Shown piece by piece: positions 13,837-18,891 of a stretch of 18,891 nucleotides of DNA. The DNA comes from Candidatus Binatia bacterium (lineage in GTDB: Bacteria; Desulfobacterota; Binatia; HRBIN30): assembly GCA_038245295.1 (NCBI GenBank), contig JBBRSP010000054.1, positions 1 to 18,891 of the forward strand, given 5' to 3'. The position numbers and the translations under genes were made by a program. The notes beneath the pieces were generated by a model. The model was not told the origin of the DNA. It did not search any database and worked only from the letters and a program-made list of their open reading frames with translations. Each line of letters starts with the position of its first letter. Position 1 is the first letter of the stretch.

Positions 13837-15894
13837 GTGCGTCGGCTGCTGCTGCTTTCGACTTTTGCGCTTGCGATCCTCGGCTGTGAAACCCTGCGTG
13901 CGGTGCCCGAATCGGTCCCTGGTGTCGCCAACCGTTCACCCTCGATCAGTGAAGACAAACGCCAGGCTTTTTCCCGGGCGCTCGATCGTCTCCGCCATCA
14001 GGATTTCGCCGCCGCAAGCCAGGCCTTCGCCATGTTGGTGAAGTCCTATCCACAGCTCATCGACCATCATTTGTACTTCGGCGCCTTGGCCAACGTACGT
14101 CTCGATCGCGGCGACGATGCCGAACGTCTGCTGCGCCGACTGCTCGATGAATTCCCCGACAGTGTTCACGCCGCCGCGGCGCAGGTGGAGCTGGCGCGCC
14201 TGCTCCTGGCCCACAACCAGATCGATGGCGCGCGCGCCTTGCTCTATCGCGCCGTGCAGGCGGCGGACGCGAGCGTCGCTCAACCGGCCCGTCTCAGTCT
14301 TGCCGAAGCCGAAGAGCGCGCCGGCAATGCAAGCACCGCTTACAACGCCTTTGCCAATCTGCGCAAAGATCTGCCCAATACGGCGATCGGTCGCGTCGCC
14401 AAGGAGCACATCCTGACCTTGCGCATCACCAACCCGGAATTCGAACCGCTCGGCCGGGATCGTTTCGACGAAGCGAAACTACTCCTCCAGGAGCGCGACT
14501 TCGCCGCGGCGGAGAAGCTGGCGCAGGTGATCCTGGCGCAACCGGCCGGCCTTGAGCCGGCGACAATCATGCGGCTGCAAGCCGACGCGCTTTATGGCGA
14601 GGGCCGCATCGAGCCGGCCTTGAAGATCCTTTGGGCGATCGGCGAGCGTTACCCGCAGAGCGACGAAGCATCTGGTGCGATGTTCCGTGTCGGCACGATC
14701 CTTTGGAATCGTGATCACGATGCCGCGGCATTGCGCGCCTTCGAGGATTTTCGCCAGCGTTATCCGCGTCACGACAAGGCGCTCGAAGCGCAATATGCGA
14801 TCGGGCGTATTCATCAGCAGGCGGGGCGACGCGAACAAGCTCAGGCGACCTACAGCGCTCTGGCGCGTAGCGCGCCGCAGAGCAAACTCGGGCGCGAGGC
14901 GCGTTGGCGCATTGGCTGGATGGACTATGCCGACCGCGATTGGCACGGCGCCGCGGCTGTCTTCAGCGCGATGCGCGGCAGTGGCACCGACGCTGCCTAC
15001 TGGCAGGCGCGATCATTGGGACAGGCGGGCGACACTGCGGGAGCGCGCAAGCTGTATCGTGAAATCATCGCCAAAGACTCCGACAGCTACTACGGGCTGT
15101 TGGCCGACCGACGGCTGAGTGATGCGACGGGGCCACTGCGGCTCAGCGCCGCACCCATCACAGCGCCGGGCGCGGTCGAGGCGCCGGCCACGCCATTTGT
15201 CGAGAACTTCCACCTGCCACGGTTTGAGGAGTTGCGCCGTGCCGGGCAACACACCCTGGCGCGAGCCGAGCTCGCCGCTCTCGAGCGCAGTCCTGCGGCG
15301 CAAGGTGCCATCCCGTTTCTTGCGCGCGCCTACCTGAGTGTGGATGGCTACAACGACGTGTCGCGGTTGGCCAAGCGCAACCGTAGCAGCCTGTCCGGAG
15401 TCGAGGGCGAACAGCTGCGGTATCCCTTGGCCTTCTGGAACATCGTCACGCCGCAGGCGTCGGCGCTTGGTATCGACCCGCTGCTCGTCGTGTCGATCAT
15501 GCGGCAGGAGAGCAATTTTGATCCAAGCGCTCGCTCGCCGGCCGATGCGCGTGGTCTGCTGCAGTTGCTGCCGTCGACGGCCGAGCGTGTTGCCGCCGGT
15601 GCCGGCAACTTCGCGGTCGATCCGTCACGTCTGGAGGAGCCGGAAATCAACATCGAGCTCGGCGTGCGTTACCTGCAGTCGCTGTCGCTGCGTTATGCCG
15701 GCGATCCGATCAAGATGATCGCGGCGTATAACGGAGGCGAGACGGCTGTCGATAAATGGCAGGACAAATTCGGTGACGCGCCGCCCGACGAGTTTGTGGA
15801 AAACATCAGCTTTCGCGAGACGCGCGATTATGTGAAGCGTGTGCTCTCCAACTACCAACACTATCGCAGTCTGTACGGATGTGGTGACCACTGA
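13837..15894 (+). CDS. slt: Soluble lytic murein transglycosylase (Slt70-like) with TPR repeats, probable lipoprotein
   Basis: Lipobox ILGC and TPR-like helices. SLT motifs MRQESNF, ARGLLQLLPSTA, AAYNGG and ETRDYVKRV. Confidence 0.92.
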   Translation: MRRLLLLSTFALAILGCETLRAVPESVPGVANRSPSISEDKRQAFSRALDRLRHQDFAAASQAFAMLVKSYPQLIDHHLYFGALANVRLDRGDDAERLLRRLLDEFPDSVHAAAAQVELARLLLAHNQIDGARALLYRAVQAADASVAQPARLSLAEAEERAGNASTAYNAFANLRKDLPNTAIGRVAKEHILTLRITNPEFEPLGRDRFDEAKLLLQERDFAAAEKLAQVILAQPAGLEPATIMRLQADALYGEGRIEPALKILWAIGERYPQSDEASGAMFRVGTILWNRDHDAAALRAFEDFRQRYPRHDKALEAQYAIGRIHQQAGRREQAQATYSALARSAPQSKLGREARWRIGWMDYADRDWHGAAAVFSAMRGSGTDAAYWQARSLGQAGDTAGARKLYREIIAKDSDSYYGLLADRRLSDATGPLRLSAAPITAPGAVEAPATPFVENFHLPRFEELRRAGQHTLARAELAALERSPAAQGAIPFLARAYLSVDGYNDVSRLAKRNRSSLSGVEGEQLRYPLAFWNIVTPQASALGIDPLLVVSIMRQESNFDPSARSPADARGLLQLLPSTAERVAAGAGNFAVDPSRLEEPEINIELGVRYLQSLSLRYAGDPIKMIAAYNGGETAVDKWQDKFGDAPPDEFVENISFRETRDYVKRVLSNYQHYRSLYGCGDH

Positions 15895-17522
15895 TGTTCG
15901 GCACACAGCGCAATGAAACCACGGCGTTTCACAGCACGCGATCGATGGCCATTGCGCGGCGCGGCATGATCTGCACCAGCCAGACGCTGGCCTCCGAAGC
16001 CGCCCTGCAGATCCTGCGCAGCGGTGGCAATGCCATCGACGCGGCGATCTGCGCCGCCGCCGTGCTTGGTGTCGTGGAGCCCTTCAGCACGGGTATCGGC
16101 GGCGATTGCTTCATGTTGATCTGGCGACCGGAGGAGCATCATCTCTTCGGGCTCAACGGTAGCGGACGCGCTCCGGAAGGGCTGACCGCCCAGCTCGTAC
16201 GCGAGCGCGGCCATCAGACGATGCCGATGCACGGCATGCTGCCGGTGACGATCCCGGGCGCCGTTCACGCCTGGGGCGAGGCGTTGCAGAGATTCGGTAC
16301 CAAGAGCTTTGCGGAAGTGTTAGCGCCGGCCATCGAATACGCCGAAGACGGCTTTCCGGTCAGCGAGATCATCGCGCATCAGTGGAATCTGATTGCCCAG
16401 GTGGGCATCCTGGCGCAGGCCGACGCGCAGCGCACGTTCACCATCGACGGACGCGCCCCGCGTCTCGGCGAAGTCATGCGTGTGCCGGCACTTGCCGAAA
16501 GCATGCGGCGCATCGCCGCGGGTGGCGCGGCGGAATTTTACGAAGGTGATCTGGCGCGCCGGATTGTCGAGTTCAGCCAAGCCAACGGCGGTGTGCATAC
16601 ACTCGAAGACTTCCGGCAGCACACCTCGACGTGGGTCGATCCGATCTGGACCGACTATCGCGGCTACACGCTCTTCGAGATGCCGCCGAACGGCCAGGGC
16701 ATCACGGCGCTCATGGCGCTCAACATTCTGGAGAACTTCGACGTCGTATCGCAGCCGCTTGGCTCCGCGGCGTCGCTGCACCTACGCATCGAAGCGGTAA
16801 AGTTGGCGTTTGCCGACCGCGACCGTTTCATTGCCGACCCCGAGCGCGCGCGTGTGCCGGTCGATGAATTATTGTCGAAGGACTACGCCCACGGCCGCGC
16901 CGCGATCATCAATCCGAGCAAAGCGCTCAAGGGTGTGCAGCCGGGCAACATCAAGACGGGTGATACCGTGTACCTGACGACGGCCGATGCGCAGGGCAAT
17001 GTCGTTTCGCTCATCAACAGCCTCTACCTGGCCTTCGGGTCGGGGATGGTTGCCGGCGACACCGGCATTGCGTTGCACAACCGCGGCTTCGGTTTTGTTC
17101 TGGAGCCAGGGCATCCCAACGTCGTCGCTCCCGGCAAACGTCCGTTCCACACCATCATCCCGGCCATGTTGTTCCAGGGCGAGCAGCCGCGCGTGTCGTT
17201 CGGCATCATGGGCGGCGATCAACAAGCCCAGGCGCATGTGCAGGTGGTGTCGAATCTCGTCGACTACGGCCTCAACATCCAGGAGGCGCTCGACTACCCG
17301 CGCTTTCACTATCTCGATACCGACCGCGTCTCCCTCGAGCCCGAGTACGACGCGGCGGCACTCAACGGCTTGCGCCATCTTGGCCACGACCTGGTCGATC
17401 CAGGTCAGGTCATCCTGCGCGGCGGCTTCGGAGGCGGCCAGGGCATCATGATCGACCCGGCAACAGGCGCCTACTGGGGCGGCTCGGATCGCCGCAAAGA
17501 CGGCTGCGCCATCGGGTTCTAA
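15894..17522 (+). CDS. ggt: Gamma-glutamyltransferase
   Basis: GGNAIDAA, GIGGDCF, PPNGQG, nucleophile Thr in GDTVYL, FGSG, PGKRPFHTIIP, GIMGG and SDRRKDG. No signal peptide. Confidence 0.96.
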   Translation: MFGTQRNETTAFHSTRSMAIARRGMICTSQTLASEAALQILRSGGNAIDAAICAAAVLGVVEPFSTGIGGDCFMLIWRPEEHHLFGLNGSGRAPEGLTAQLVRERGHQTMPMHGMLPVTIPGAVHAWGEALQRFGTKSFAEVLAPAIEYAEDGFPVSEIIAHQWNLIAQVGILAQADAQRTFTIDGRAPRLGEVMRVPALAESMRRIAAGGAAEFYEGDLARRIVEFSQANGGVHTLEDFRQHTSTWVDPIWTDYRGYTLFEMPPNGQGITALMALNILENFDVVSQPLGSAASLHLRIEAVKLAFADRDRFIADPERARVPVDELLSKDYAHGRAAIINPSKALKGVQPGNIKTGDTVYLTTADAQGNVVSLINSLYLAFGSGMVAGDTGIALHNRGFGFVLEPGHPNVVAPGKRPFHTIIPAMLFQGEQPRVSFGIMGGDQQAQAHVQVVSNLVDYGLNIQEALDYPRFHYLDTDRVSLEPEYDAAALNGLRHLGHDLVDPGQVILRGGFGGGQGIMIDPATGAYWGGSDRRKDGCAIGF

Positions 17523-17531
17523 TTGAGGTGC

Positions 17532-17560
17532 TGTAGGGGCGCCTGGGCGGCGCCCGGCGA
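17532..17560 (+). repeat. GTAG-type REP-like hairpin
   Basis: tGTAGgggcgcc-tgggc-ggcgccc-ggcga has the same GTAG head, GGGCG/CGCCC stem ends and ggcga tail as 5235-5265. Confidence 0.6.
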
Positions 17561-17566
17561 GCGACC

Positions 17567-17658
17567 GGGAAAAGGGGACAGGACCCGTTTGTGGCAGCAG
17601 AAATCATCGAGGAAACCAAGCTTCGCGCTGGCGAAAATGGGGGCAGGACCCTTTACCC
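17567..17658. repeat. Doublet of 21-bp REP-like palindromes
   Basis: aaaggggacaggacccgtttg (17571-17591) and aaaatgggggcaggacccttt (17634-17654), both related to 1124-1144. Confidence 0.55.
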
Positions 17659-17719
17659 TGGTCGGGATCAGCATTGCCGGGGTTGACCGCGGGGCATGGC
17701 GTATCGGATGGTACGCGCC

Positions 17720-18355
17720 ATGACGACGGACGCTGAAGCTAAAGAGCAGGTTCTTCAGGTAACCAATGAGCTGTTTTCGATGGGATTGTTGACCGCCACC
17801 GGCGGCAACATCAGCGCCAGGGCCGCCGATGAAGAGACGATCTGGATTACCCCGACACAGATGTATAAGGGCGGGCTGACTGCCGCTGATCTGGTGCGCA
17901 TCAAGCTCGACGGTACCGTCGTCGAAGGGGAGAGGGTGCCTTCCGTCGAGTTCCAGATGCACTGGGGTGCGTATCAGGTGCGCCCGGGAACAGCCGGTGC
18001 GGTACACACACACGCCCCGGTGGCGACGGCGTTCGGGATCTGCAACCAGTCGTTCCCACCCATCAATACGGACGCCGTATTCCTGCGCGACACTAAGACG
18101 GTGCCGTGGTTCATGCCCGGTTCGAAGGAGCTCGCCGACGCTGTCTCGGATGCGCTCAAGGTCAGCCGCGGCTGCATCCTGCAGAACCACGGGCTGATGA
18201 CCGTGGATAAGACCCTACGCAAGGCGGCGACGCGGGCGATGATGCTGGAGGAAACCGCCAAGATCGTTCTCTACGTCAAGCAGTTCGGCGGCACGGTTTC
18301 GCTCTTGCCTAATGAATGGGTTGACCAACTCGCCTCGATCGCCGATTTCATCTGA
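17720..18355 (+). CDS. Class II aldolase/adducin family protein
   Basis: GGNISAR, ITPT, PSVEFQMH, VHTH and LQNHG (Zn-binding His triad). Confidence 0.93.
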   Translation: MTTDAEAKEQVLQVTNELFSMGLLTATGGNISARAADEETIWITPTQMYKGGLTAADLVRIKLDGTVVEGERVPSVEFQMHWGAYQVRPGTAGAVHTHAPVATAFGICNQSFPPINTDAVFLRDTKTVPWFMPGSKELADAVSDALKVSRGCILQNHGLMTVDKTLRKAATRAMMLEETAKIVLYVKQFGGTVSLLPNEWVDQLASIADFI

Positions 18356-18376
18356 ATTGCCGAAAAGGAGCGGACC

Positions 18377-18730
18377 ATGGCTGAAACGGGCAACATGAAG
18401 AACAATATTGTATGGGTCATTCGTGGTGTGCTGGCACTGCTGTTTGTTTTCGCCGGCGTGTCGAAATTGGCGGGCCTGGGTGAAGTGCCGCAGCAGTTCG
18501 CTGCCTATGGTTATCCGGGCTGGTTTCGCTTCTTCATCGGCTTTGCGGAGCTTGCCGGGGGCATCGGCCTGCTGATGTCCGGTCTGGTCTTCTATGCCGC
18601 ACTCGGCCTCCTGGTGATCATGCTGGGTGCCATCTACACGCTGGTGGCGACCGGCGAGCCCAATGTTCCCATCCCAGTCGTCTGTGCGGCTCTGCTGGCG
18701 ACCGTCGCGTATATACGCCGTCCCCTGTAG
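18377..18730 (+). CDS. DoxX family membrane protein
   Basis: LFVFAGVSKL, FAAYGYPGWFRFFIGFAELAGGIGLL and MLGAIYT. RBS AAGGAG. Confidence 0.88.
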   Translation: MAETGNMKNNIVWVIRGVLALLFVFAGVSKLAGLGEVPQQFAAYGYPGWFRFFIGFAELAGGIGLLMSGLVFYAALGLLVIMLGAIYTLVATGEPNVPIPVVCAALLATVAYIRRPL

Positions 18731-18751
18731 GGCAGGGTGGCCGGAGGCTAA

Positions 18752-18887
18752 AGAGGCTGTCTCAAAACCTTGCGGAGCCGGCTTCGACAGGCTCAGCCTG
18801 AGCGGGTGCTTGGTTGATTTTCAAAGACATTTTGTCCGCTCGCCCTGAGCCCGTCGAAGGGTGAGCCTATGTTTTGAGACAGCCTCT
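18752..18887. mobile_element. 136-bp MITE-like element with perfect 17-bp TIRs and an internal palindromic repeat
   Basis: TIRs agaggctgtctcaaaac (18752-18768) and gttttgagacagcctct (18871-18887). Inner IR cttcgacaggctcagcctgagcgg / ccgctcgccctgagcccgtcgaag (20/24). Confidence 0.8.
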
Positions 18888-18891
18888 GAAG

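Noticed and set aside
18726..18749. Further GTAG-REP at the DoxX stop (tgtagggcagggtggcc)
   Set aside because: It has the GTAG head but no convincing palindromic stem.

Overview
GC-rich bacterial DNA. The Pro/Thr-linker surface proteins, MYXO-CTERM-like tails and FATP/NMO genes suggest a deltaproteobacterial, Binatia-like lineage (inference only). From about 3.1 kb to the end it is mostly ordinary chromosome: PolB-type 3'-5' exonuclease, nitronate monooxygenase, small Cys-rich secreted protein, FATP-type acyl-CoA synthetase, beta-helix lipoprotein, small basic protein, OB-fold protein, LPG-synthase/flippase-like protein, MarR regulator, maf-yggS-proC, Slt lytic transglycosylase, ggt, class II aldolase and DoxX. 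The first 3 kb is unusual. The C-terminal HTH of an upstream gene is followed by a 2.27 kb block bounded by 51-bp inverted repeats (176-226 and 2398-2448, 50/51 identical, TTCG directly outside each end). The block has no recombinase and carries surface-protein cargo, including a 5'-truncated gene and a gene that appears to have lost its own stop codon. Next comes a 41/82-bp tandem array in which a constant 26-mer alternates with two different TCGA-centred palindromes. Several REP- and MITE-like elements lie in intergenic regions, and one REP pair brackets a small gene.
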